Part shown: piece by piece, positions 35,649-44,600 of the stretch
How positions within the stretch are numbered: the first letter of the stretch is position 1
How the letters are laid out: each line of letters starts with the position of its first letter
Source of the DNA: Candidatus Omnitrophota bacterium
GTDB lineage: Bacteria > Ratteibacteria > UBA8468 > MWAK01
DNA: 64,000 nt
Direction of reading: 5' to 3'
Assembly (NCBI GenBank): GCA_043797665.1
Contig: JAZDPL010000061.1
Location: 1,065-65,064 of the forward strand
The notes under the pieces: generated by a model
Told to the model about the DNA's origin: nothing
Seen by the model: only the letters and a program-made list of their open reading frames with translations
The model's database searches: none
Made by a program: the position numbers and the translations under genes

Positions 35649-35945
35649 ATCCAGTCAAGGGATTATTAGTATGGAAAATATGATATAATACAGGGCAGCC
35701 GGGCCCGTGGCTCAGCGGTAGAGCAGCGGACTCATAATCCGTTAAGTTCAATTTTAATCTGAGGTTTTCTCCCGGACTAATCTCCAGCAAACCATTACGT
35801 ATCAACGGTTTGTCATTGCGAGCCCGAAGGGCGTGGCAATCTCATCCTTCCCTCATTTTTAACGAATTCTGTCATACACCTGTCATACTTTTTCACGTCC
35901 CTGTTTTCGTTGAAAATCGTTTGCTACCAAGGGATTCGGAAAGAT
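35649..35945 (+). repeat. T block copy 2 (promoter region, tRNA-like head at 35701-35743, conserved tail)
   Basis: Its 43-mer is identical to copies 1 and 3. The upstream 52 nt is shared with copy 3 only. Confidence 0.85.
35681..35689 (+). promoter_or_regulatory. extended -10 box TGATATAAT, 11 nt upstream of the tRNA-like head (copy 2)
   Basis: An exact TGnTATAAT match, conserved at the same distance in copy 3. Confidence 0.55.
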
Positions 35946-36036
35946 GGGTGAAATAGAATTGTGATTAGTGATAGGAGGTATGGCTTAATTTTTCATGAAA
36001 TCGCTGAGAAATTATTCTATTGTAAACTTGAATGTT

Positions 36037-36627
36037 CTAACTTCCAATTGATATTTGATAATCCTTAATTGTATCTTGAAGAAGGTTTTTGATTTGCAGG
36101 AATTCTTCGTCACCAATAACTGGTTTTTTAAGGGTAACCGTACAATCTTCTCTTGTTAGATCAGCCCATCTGCCACAATGCCCCGTGGGTTTTATCTTTT
36201 CTTCTGGAAGTTCTTCGGTAGTTTCCCATATTCTAATCAAGAGTATTTTGCATTTTGTTTGATCGCTGTGCTCATTACACCATTTGTTTGGTGCTTCCGG
36301 TTTCCAAATGTCAAATAAACCATTATGACAGATTTTCTCCCATAACCCCATTTCGTTTTTTACGATATAGGTAGATTTCAGTAAAGCCACATATTTATAA
36401 GGAATTGAAAAAGAATCAGAATTCAAATTTCCACCAACTTCACTCATCCTAAACTTTCTATAATTGTGTTTCTGTAAAGTTATCAACTTAGGAAATCCCC
36501 CGTTAGCATTCAGATAAATAGCTTGATGTATAATTCTTCCATTCTTCTCAAACCCATTAATCATTGCTTTCGCATTTACTCTTTCCACCTTAAGACACCT
36601 GTTGTCTAAAACTATCTCTTGGTTCAT
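36037..36627 (-). CDS. 196-aa hypothetical protein
   Basis: ORF-track frame in AT-rich DNA. No motif recognised. Confidence 0.55.
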   Translation of the reverse strand: MNQEIVLDNRCLKVERVNAKAMINGFEKNGRIIHQAIYLNANGGFPKLITLQKHNYRKFRMSEVGGNLNSDSFSIPYKYVALLKSTYIVKNEMGLWEKICHNGLFDIWKPEAPNKWCNEHSDQTKCKILLIRIWETTEELPEEKIKPTGHCGRWADLTREDCTVTLKKPVIGDEEFLQIKNLLQDTIKDYQISIGS

Positions 36628-36854
36628 AAGATAATCAATCAGGTTGAAATTAGGGACAACTCCTCAGATTTTTACTGCCCCAAAAATCCACCAAAATTCC
36701 CTTAGGTAGCCCCAAAGGTATTCTATTTTGAACTCGGAAGTTATTATACCCCAGATTTTCACGGAAATACAAGCCATCTGTTCTGGGGCCCAGAGTTTTT
36801 CAACCATAGAATTCAATCTTCAAAATGCGTGATGAGATAGAAGCGTATACCGGC

Positions 36855-36935
36855 AAAGATTTTTTGAAAGTGGATAGGTACCACCCGAAGGTAGATTTAC
36901 GCCAGGACAATGCGTAGCTACGTAAGGATTGCAAG
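36855..36935 (+). repeat. type C element, partial copy (3' portion)
   Basis: GGTACCACCCGAAGGTAGATTTACGCCAGGACAATGCGTAGCTACGTAAGGATTGC aligns with the 3' ends of C1 and C3. Confidence 0.7.
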
Positions 36936-36974
36936 GGAAAGGGGGCTGCTTCACCACCATGAGGCAATTCATTA

Positions 36975-37073
36975 CCGGTCCCCGCTGACAAGCACAAAAA
37001 CCTTTCCCGGCAATAACCCCACCATGCTGTCGCAATTAGTTTGGACTGCAAACCTTGACCGGATTCTGCTGAC
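36975..37073 (+). repeat. type A element copy A2
   Basis: CCCGCTGACAAGCACAAAAACCTTTCCCGGCAATAACCCCACCATGCTGTCGCAATTAGTTT...CCTTGACCGGATTCTGCTGACC. Confidence 0.8.
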
Positions 37074-37345
37074 CCCCAGAATCCCTTCCCTGCGGGCAGG
37101 TCCCACCCACCATACCTCCCTCTCCCCTGAGTTGCTGTTCAGGCTGAACAGCAACTGCCGACACCGGGATGCCCTACCCCACCCCCCCAGTTTCGTTTTC
37201 TTCCTTTCTAACTTGCGATTGGCGGCGATATCTCCCCAGAACTGGTGCTTCTTCCATTACCTAAGTCAAAAAAATCAGCAGGAAGCGATTTTGAAAAGCA
37301 AATTCAGGTATAAGGTTCTATTATTGATTCCCTGCAATTGACCTT
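37074..37345 (+). repeat. type B element (~265 nt) copy B1 with a 12-bp hairpin at 37130-37156
   Basis: CCCCAGAATCCCTTCCC...CCCACCATACC...CCCCTGAGTTGCTGTTCAGGCTGAACAGCAACT...TTTCTAACTTGCGATTGGCGGCGATATCTCCCCAGAACTG...GGAAGCGATTTTGAAAAGCAAATT.AGGTATAAGG. About 90 percent alike with 57267-57530. Confidence 0.85.
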
Positions 37346-37404
37346 GAAATATATAGGCGTAGTCCTTCGCGGATTTGATAGAATGTACATCATACAGCCC
37401 TATC

Positions 37405-37495
37405 TGCTCCGGCAACTACCCCACCATCCAGTCGCAATTAGTCGCTGATAACGAATTGACTACCCAAAGAGAAGGTGGTATCCTTTAATGTGAGT
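37405..37495 (+). repeat. type A element copy A3 with promoter module
   Basis: CCCCACCATCCAGTCGCAATTAGT...TTGACTACCCAAAGAGAAGGTGGTATCCTTTAATGTG (TTGACT-17 nt-TATCCT). Confidence 0.8.
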
Positions 37496-37571
37496 AGATT
37501 CCACAGATTAGTAGAAACTTGACTATTTTTTCATTAATGTGCTACTATAATTAGAATTTCGAAATCTGCGT

Positions 37572-37835
37572 GTGAGAAAATCAAATCTTTTAACAATGGA
37601 CGATAATCTTCTGAATATTTGTAGAAATGGGGGGCATATGGGATTGTTGAACAGCAAAACCATTGATACGTCTAACGGCAAAGAAGATAATCTTCGCGAA
37701 CGTATCTCTCTTTGCTCCAGTAAGAACACTTTTCAGAGAAAAGGTGAATTTGTTAACGATGATGTCCCAAATTTTCTGAAAGACCTAGAGCGATTTCTTA
37801 AAAGATCCAAAATGAGTCACTTGAAAATTCCTTAA
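37572..37835 (+). CDS. small hypothetical ORF upstream of the 552-aa gene
   Basis: ORF-track frame starting at an alternative codon, with an internal ATG at codon 9. TTGACT (37519-37524) and TACTAT (37543-37548) promoter-like boxes lie upstream. Coding status is uncertain. Confidence 0.3.
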   Translation: MRKSNLLTMDDNLLNICRNGGHMGLLNSKTIDTSNGKEDNLRERISLCSSKNTFQRKGEFVNDDVPNFLKDLERFLKRSKMSHLKIP

Positions 37836-37860
37836 TACCTTCCAATTTTTAGAAACTTTA

Positions 37861-39519
37861 ATGCCCGCCAATTTGACTTCTGTTCGAACTGTAGAAAGTA
37901 CTAATAGTACATCTCTCCAATTAGTGGAGCAGCCATTTTCTTTCTTTAACTATTTGGAAAGCGTAGATGACCTTAGAGGACTTCTTCCACTTCATCGGAT
38001 TTGTAGTCAGGCTCGAAAACTAGGCGCCCAAACAATAATAACAGAGCATCTTCGTATATCAGACGACGTAAAAGAAGAAAATGCTGACATTACCAAAAGA
38101 TTTTCACGGTTCTCAGAAAGTCGAGTATGGCGGTTGAGTTTCTTTGAAGAAAAAATTTCTTCGTTGAAAGAACTAGATAAAAATTCCAACAAGGGTTTTA
38201 TCGGTTATGCTGTTGTTAAAACGGACATTCTTCCACCTCCACTGGGACGTAGGACACGTGTTCTTGAATCAGTCATACTTAAAAGCCAACATGAAAATAA
38301 TTACATAAGAAATGCACCTAAATGGAAATGTTGTGTGGCTGGTAGAACGTTCACAGTGGAAGGCTATTTATATGCACAGCAAAATGGAATAACCAATATT
38401 TGTGCACATGTTGCCCTCCGAACGGTTGCTGCGCGTTTCCACCAAAATGGCGATATATCCTATCGCGAAATTAATGACTTGCTCGGCATTAATCACATTT
38501 CCAAGAAGATTGGCTGGGGTGAGAATAAGGGTTGGAATGAAAACGGCGGATTGGAAACCTGGGAAATTTGTAAAGTGCTTGAAACAATTGGTGCAGAATG
38601 TCTTAGAGCAACTTATAAAAATCCTATAACAGAAGGGAATTCTGTCCCATTCCAAAAATTATTGTATGGAAGTATTGAATCAGGCTATCCTGCAATTCTA
38701 TGTTTTGCGATACAGAAAGAGCGTCATGCAATTCCTGTTTTTGGGCATACTTTCAATGAAGATATTTGGGTTCCCAGTGCCGAAGCTTTGTACTTTAAGG
38801 TTGGACCTGGAACTCGATATATACCAAGCGAACTTTGGACGAGTATGTTTATTACTCATGACGATAATTTTGGTTCAAACTTTTGCATTCCACGCCACTA
38901 TCTTTATACTCGATTAACATGTGGCCGTGATCAACAGTCGGAGTCTCCTTATCTATGCCCAATTCAACAGGAACGAGTTTTTTATGTAATAGCCACATTC
39001 CCTAAACTGGTAAAAGTTAATTCGGTTCAAGCCGAGGTTATAGCAATAGATTACCTTCGGAGCATCCTCGAAAAATTTAGCCGACCTACATCCGACCCAT
39101 GGATCAAGCGTTTAAGAATTTATGCAACTAATGGATCTATTGTGCTTCGACCTATTCTTATTAAGGGTTTAAAAGAATATGGGGAGCATTTGAGGAAGGT
39201 ACGCAACTGGGAAGGAGATAGGTTCAATAATGATGTCACAAAAACTTTCATTCAAAGCCCCGGGGATGACTTCTTTTGGATGGTGGAAATTTCAGTTCCT
39301 GAATTATTTTCCGCGAATAACCGCAAACTGGGGGAGATATTATTGAAAGCGCAGGTTCCCGTTGCTACAACAAGGGACTTTGGCAATTTTTTATTAACCC
39401 GCATTCCTGGCCATTTCGTTTTCTATGTAGGGGGTGAGATGTCTAATCCAGAGTATCGTTATGTCCCTTGTGGTTTAGACAACCACATTGAACTTTATAG
39501 GTGTGAAAAAAACTCCTGA
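37861..39519 (+). CDS. 552-aa C39-like (papain-fold) cysteine peptidase domain protein, paralog of 32209..33870
   Basis: YAQQNGITNICAHVALRTV (Q...C nucleophile region), HAIPVFGHTFNED and ITHDDNFG. Shared N-terminal motif HRICSQARKLG (vs HRLCSLARKM) and C-terminal FWMVEISVPELFSANNRKL (vs FWLSEITIPDLFTANKTKI). Confidence 0.55.
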   Translation: MPANLTSVRTVESTNSTSLQLVEQPFSFFNYLESVDDLRGLLPLHRICSQARKLGAQTIITEHLRISDDVKEENADITKRFSRFSESRVWRLSFFEEKISSLKELDKNSNKGFIGYAVVKTDILPPPLGRRTRVLESVILKSQHENNYIRNAPKWKCCVAGRTFTVEGYLYAQQNGITNICAHVALRTVAARFHQNGDISYREINDLLGINHISKKIGWGENKGWNENGGLETWEICKVLETIGAECLRATYKNPITEGNSVPFQKLLYGSIESGYPAILCFAIQKERHAIPVFGHTFNEDIWVPSAEALYFKVGPGTRYIPSELWTSMFITHDDNFGSNFCIPRHYLYTRLTCGRDQQSESPYLCPIQQERVFYVIATFPKLVKVNSVQAEVIAIDYLRSILEKFSRPTSDPWIKRLRIYATNGSIVLRPILIKGLKEYGEHLRKVRNWEGDRFNNDVTKTFIQSPGDDFFWMVEISVPELFSANNRKLGEILLKAQVPVATTRDFGNFLLTRIPGHFVFYVGGEMSNPEYRYVPCGLDNHIELYRCEKNS

Positions 39520-39594
39520 AATATAAAATTGTGACCGGGTGAATTTCCTGTCACAACAAGTTTCAGCCAATCTACGCAAACCCGCACCAGACAA

Positions 39595-39630
39595 GCGAAT
39601 CCGTTGTCTGTCAACAATTTCACCTATCTG
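39595..39630 (+). repeat. type E short element copy 1
   Basis: GCGAATCCGTTGTCTGTCAACAATTTCACCTATCTG versus GCCGAATCCTTTGTCTATCAACAATTCCTATCTG at 52114-52147. Both lie just 3' of a cassette gene. Confidence 0.7.
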
Positions 39631-39766
39631 ACCGAGTTATACCAAGGTTATACGGGAATATACCGTTTTGGATGGTGACATGGCACAAATCTGGCACAAG
39701 CATACCAATGGTTGTTTCATATAAACAGCCATCGGTACACATAACGTATCACCGGTACGTTTGAGA

Positions 39767-40663
39767 TTACTGTTCACCGCGGAGATTATCCAAATGTTTC
39801 CGGAGTTTTTCCTCAACTCGTGTTTTGCCACCGATAGAGTTATCGTAGAATATCGTTCTATTTGCAGCTATATCAAAGGGTAGGGATTCTCGCTTCTTGT
39901 CGCAAAGCATGACGGTTTTCTTCCTAATAGCATGCGAATAGCCTATTTCATAATAAACATTGGGATTATTCGGCGTCACATCTGCAATAACTAAGGACGC
40001 TTCACTTATCGATCGTGTTATGTCTTGGATTATCAGGTTGGAGGTGTACATGTCGTCAGCCCTCTTGACTGTGTATCCAAATGCTTCACATGTTGGCTTA
40101 ATGACTTCTCGGTATAGATCATCAAACTCGGGCGAAAATTGCATTATTACGAATGCCGTCTGAGATGTCTTGTCCATCTTGACGTTTCGAAAGTGTACAT
40201 ATGATTTACCTTGAGCAAACAGACCTATCTGCGAATCTACGATATTGAGTTCTGCCTGGCTAATCACTACGCCATGAATTGATAATTTTACGGCTGCACC
40301 AGTCACCTTAATAGTAACCGGAATCCAGTCGTCTTTCCTTAGGACGGTACCGAAACCCGCAAGGTTGATGGCTCTCCACTTCCCGCTTGCGAGGGATGCA
40401 ATTCCGTATGGTGTTTTCATTACATTCAAACCAACAAAAATCTGCTCGGCAGTCTGGTGATTTAGTACGACTTGGGCACAACAAGTCTCTTCTCCTATCT
40501 GGGCATCGAAGGAAATAGTCCCATTTTCGAAGTACTGGTTACATTTAACTACGCCGAAGGGTATTAGTCCAGGGCCGAGAGGTTCCGTAATCTCCGGCGT
40601 AAAAATCAAGTCGTTCTCTTGTATATCAAACTTCCCAATTATTGGGACCCATTGTATATTCAT
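39767..40663 (-). CDS. fusion protein: N-terminal LamG/DUF1080-like beta-sandwich plus C-terminal TIR-like/nucleoside 2-deoxyribosyltransferase-like Rossmannoid domain
   Basis: The C-terminal half reads AFVIMQFSPEFDDLY...VKRADD...SLVIADVTPNNPNVYYEIGYSHAIRKKTVML. This matches the strand/helix pattern with a conserved Glu (YEIGY) typical of NDT/TIR-like effector domains. The N-terminal half ends in ...GLFAQGKSYVHFRNVKM, like DUF1080 jelly-rolls. Confidence 0.55.
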   Translation of the reverse strand: MNIQWVPIIGKFDIQENDLIFTPEITEPLGPGLIPFGVVKCNQYFENGTISFDAQIGEETCCAQVVLNHQTAEQIFVGLNVMKTPYGIASLASGKWRAINLAGFGTVLRKDDWIPVTIKVTGAAVKLSIHGVVISQAELNIVDSQIGLFAQGKSYVHFRNVKMDKTSQTAFVIMQFSPEFDDLYREVIKPTCEAFGYTVKRADDMYTSNLIIQDITRSISEASLVIADVTPNNPNVYYEIGYSHAIRKKTVMLCDKKRESLPFDIAANRTIFYDNSIGGKTRVEEKLRKHLDNLRGEQ

Positions 40664-40774
40664 ATTTTTTCCTCCCTTTTACAGCCGAACAATTAAAAGA
40701 CGGAAGTACTGGTGGTGTTGACATCCGTCAATTAAAGATGTGTCCCCGGTATTTCACTATGGATAAAATTTACT

Positions 40775-41062
40775 TCACTCCCAATTCTTCCATCTATAAA
40801 CGAAACTGTTTTTTCGTTTTCGCTCTCTAATCGCTTCTTTAAATATCTTTCTGCCAGGGCTTTCAGGGGTATCTATTCTTTTTTCTTTTTTTCGCAGACA
40901 TTTCGCAAACTGTATTTTTGTTCTTGACCAGAGTGTTCGGAATTTCCGTTGTTGCTTGTCGTTTAACGGACCGATTATGGAAAAAGGTAATGTTATTAGC
41001 GCAATAATAAGCATAGCAATTGCTATGGCTATGCTAACATCGCTACTTGTGAAATTTTTCAT
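40775..41062 (-). CDS. 95-aa single-pass membrane protein with a basic C-terminal tail
   Basis: TM segment IAIAIAMLIIALITLPFSIIG followed by a Lys/Arg-rich tail. Same strand as the LamG/TIR-like gene and 112 nt upstream of it. Confidence 0.4.
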   Translation of the reverse strand: MKNFTSSDVSIAIAIAMLIIALITLPFSIIGPLNDKQQRKFRTLWSRTKIQFAKCLRKKEKRIDTPESPGRKIFKEAIRERKRKNSFVYRWKNWE

Positions 41063-41300
41063 TATTTACTCTGGCATGCCCATTTCACCGAATCGGCAAG
41101 TTCGAGTCTGGTCCCGATAGAAAACATCGGGATGCCACGACAGCAATAGAACATACGTTAAACCGTGTCAGGGTGGCGGAGGGAGACGACGTTAGAACCT
41201 ACCTAGTGGACAATTTAGCCTTGCCCACCATTTTTAACTACCATACTCCACCCTATTTGCTTATTATTGTACCACATTTTACGTTCTTCCCTTGACTGGC

Positions 41301-41652
41301 CCCCAAAAACCCTTCCCTGTGGTTAGGTCACACCCACCATACCTACTTTCCTGAATTACTGTTGAGGCTCAACAGTAACTTATGCCAAACCCTCTCAGAG
41401 AACAACCTCTCCCGTGCCCTTTACCACCACTACCCCCTGGAACAACGTTCACAAGTTCACCAAAGCGACAGAAACCAGTGGCTGATAGTGGAATGCCTTA
41501 CCCACCATGCAATTAATTTGGCTTTAGGATGTTGCCCCTGGAACGTAGGAAGAAGTACAAGCTGGGAGGAAGAAACTTTACTCAAACAAACTACCTGGGC
41601 CAGTATCAAACCGCAAACTTGAAATCAGGTGATTGTGTCCATTGAAATCTGA
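41301..41652 (+). repeat. diverged type B copy (B4, hairpin 41356-41378) followed by type D element (D1, ~41546-41652)
   Basis: CCCCAAAAACCCTTCCCTGTGG...CACCCACCATACCTAC...GAATTACTGTTGAGGCTCAACAGTAACT... The D part AGGAAGAAGTACAAGCTGGGAGG...GAAATCAGGTGATTGTGTCCATTGAAATC aligns with 54946-55050. Confidence 0.75.
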
Positions 41653-41654
41653 AT

Positions 41655-44600
41655 TTAGGCTACTGCCAATTGGCGAATCTCACTCAACAGCGAGACAAGT
41701 TGGTCAACCTGCGTTAGCGTGAACAGGCCTTCGGGACCCCGTGGGCTGATGTCAGTAAAAGGTGACTCGTAGAGCCGAGCTGTTTCCAGGACACCATGCT
41801 CCGTCAAGTGGTTGATGATGAGGTTGATAAACTCAATCTGGTTCGCGGTGGAGATCTTGCCTGATAAAAATTGATCGAAGGCGCGCTTGGCAGCTTCTCG
41901 ATCCAGTCCAACAAGGGAGCGGATAAAGAGACCAAGTCCTCTGCTTTCTTGCTTGGCGCGGTTCAGGTCCACCGATGTGCCGACGCCAGCCTGAAGCATG
42001 ATCCGCTCCAGTTCTTCGAGGTCTGTGGCCGTCAGCGGTTTATTCCATCTCAGTTTGTGGATAGTCAGATGATTCTCGTGTTCCCGTAAGAACTGACGCG
42101 CTTTAGCTCGAAACCGCTCGAAATCCGCGCCGGCGCCGAAACCGGACAACTCCACTGCGGCTTCTTTACCCATCTGATCCTCAAAGTCCGTATACACGTA
42201 CTTCCGCTTTGTCTTTTCGATGAGTTTCACCAATGTGCGCAGTCGCTTGCGGGCGGTTTCGAGAATGGGAATGGTTACGTCTTGCCAGTAGGCATCGGTC
42301 TGAATCTCCAGAATCAGTAACATTTGCTCGCGCACCATCGGGATGCTCGACTTTTCCTCCAACAGCCCCGCGATGTACCGCACTTGATCCCGTGACCTCT
42401 CAAAAAATGGATCGGTCCGCAGCAGCATCAGTTGCAGCCGCAGCATTAGCAGATCAAAGCGTTTCGCCTCCTCGTCCTCGTCCATCAGTTCACTTGGTAG
42501 GCCGGCAACGTTCCGCGCCAGTTCGTCGAAGTTTTCGCTTTTCAGCGCCGTCCACGCTTCAGGCTTCGCGTATTTCTCTACCAGTCGGCGCCGGGGGCGG
42601 ACGATGAAGTTGTCCACGTTCATCGCGGCTACCTGCCCCCGAAGCAAAGCAACCATTTCATGCCGAATTTCTTGCTCCGTGAATGTGTCGCCGTAGGATA
42701 TCATTTGTTCCTGCACGTGATCCGGGGCACCGGCAGCCGGCGCGCCCAGTTTCCGGTCCAGTTCGCCGATTAACTCCAGCCGCGTCGTGAAAAGCTTCTT
42801 CCCGAGCGATTCGCCCAAACTGCCTTCGGTCGTCTCCGGATTCTGGCTAAAGAACTCTAGGTTTTGACAGTAGTCGAACAGGTAGAAAAACTCCTTGGGC
42901 TTACCCGGCCCGAACAAATCCGGCCGCAACCGCGTACCACGTCCCACCATCTGCCAGAATTTCGTTTTCGAGCGCACCAGTTTGAAAAACACGAGGTTTA
43001 CCACCTCCGGGATATCGATGCCCGTGTCCAGCATATCCACGGAGATCGCGATGTGCGGCGCCTTGTCAGGTAGGGAGAAGTTGTCGATTAGGCTCTGCGC
43101 GTATTCAACCTTAAAATCGATCACCCGAGCGAACTCGCCCTTGTAGTGCGGGTAGTTGGCGTTGAAGCGCTCCGCGATAAACTCCGCATGGGCGTGGTTC
43201 TTGGCAAAAATGATGGTCTTTCCCAACCGGTCACCGTCGGACACCTTAAGACCTCGGGTCAACAGATGTTCGAGCACCTTATCTACGGTGTCCTTGTTGA
43301 AGAGCCACTTGTTGACCGCTTCGGCCTCCACGTGTTCGGGCACTTCGCCATCTTCACCCCACTCGAGCGCGTCCCACTGTTCCTTGTCTTCCTCGGATAG
43401 TTGGTCGTAGCGGATGCCCTCGCGCTGGAACTTGAGCGGCACGGAAACGGCCTTCGGGGGTACAAGGAACTTGTCATTTACCGCCTCTTCCAGTCCGTAA
43501 ACGTCTGTCGGCACACCCGTCTCCAGCTCGAACAAGCCATATGTGTTGTGGTCCACCTCGTCTTTCGGCGTCGCCGTCAGACCGACCAGCAGCGAGTCGA
43601 AGTAGTCGAAAATGGCGCGGTATTTCTGGTAGACGGAACGGTGCGCTTCGTCGATGATGACGAGGTCGAAGTGGCCCACGCCGAACTTCTTCTGCCCGTC
43701 GCGCGTCTCGTCGATGAGCCGCATCATCGTCGGGTAGGTAGAGACATACACCCGTCCCTCGGTGTTCTTCTCGGTCACCAGATTAACCGGGGACGACGCG
43801 GGCAGGTGCTTCTTGAAAACCCCCACCGTCTGGTTCACCAGCGCCACCCGGTCCGCAAGAAAGAGCACGCGCTTGACCCAGTTGCAGCGCATGAGCAGGT
43901 CGCACAGCGCGATTACGGTTCTGGTCTTACCCGCGCCGGTCGCCATAACCACCAGCGCTTTGCGGTCGTGGTCTTTTTCGAAGGCTTCGCCGATACGCCG
44001 GATCGCCCGCGTTTGGTAGTAGCGTTCGACGATGTCCGGATTGATCTCCGCGCCGGCCAGCGAGCGCCGCGTGCTGCGCCGCTGGGTCAACAGTTCCAGA
44101 TCCGCCTTTTTTAGGAAACCCTGCACCGGGCGCGGCGGATAGTTCGCGTCATCCCACAGCCAGTGCTCGTATCCGTTGGAGTAGAAAATTACAGGTCGCT
44201 GCCCGAACTGCTTCTCCAGACAATCCGCATAGAGTTTGGCCTGCTGCTGACCCACGCGCGCGTCACGTTTCGTGCGTTTGGCCTCTACTACGGCGAGCGG
44301 TTTGCCATCATCACCCCATAGCACGTAGTCCACAAAACCTCTGCCTTCGTTGTTGGGCATACCGCCGACCTCGAACTCGCGGTCCTGCGGTTTATCAAGC
44401 GCCCAGCCGGCTTCTTTAAGCAGCAGGTCGATGAAGTAATCGCGGGTCTCGACCTCTGAATAGTCGTGCGTATCGGGATAGACGGCGTTCGCGGCCTTGG
44501 TTTTAGCCACTTCTTCGCGCAGCCGCTTCAGTTCTTCATTGAGCGCGGCCTTATCCGAGAGCAGTATCGATAACCGGGTATCCTTCTCGGCGAGTTGCGC

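Noticed and set aside
36910-37341. ORF-track frames running through repeat elements: 36910..37341 (+), 36972..37154 (-), 53637..54110 (-), 57077..57343 (-), 41362..41622 (+).
   Set aside because: They lie entirely or largely in type A/B repeats. Different copies of the same repeat carry indels that break the frame, so the similar peptides reflect nucleotide repeats, not conserved proteins.
41100-41135. T-loop-like GTTCGAGTC in ATCGGCAAGTTCGAGTCTGGTCCCGAT as a tRNA 3' fragment.
   Set aside because: The flanking bases do not form a T stem (GCAAG vs CTGGT), and no acceptor strand follows.
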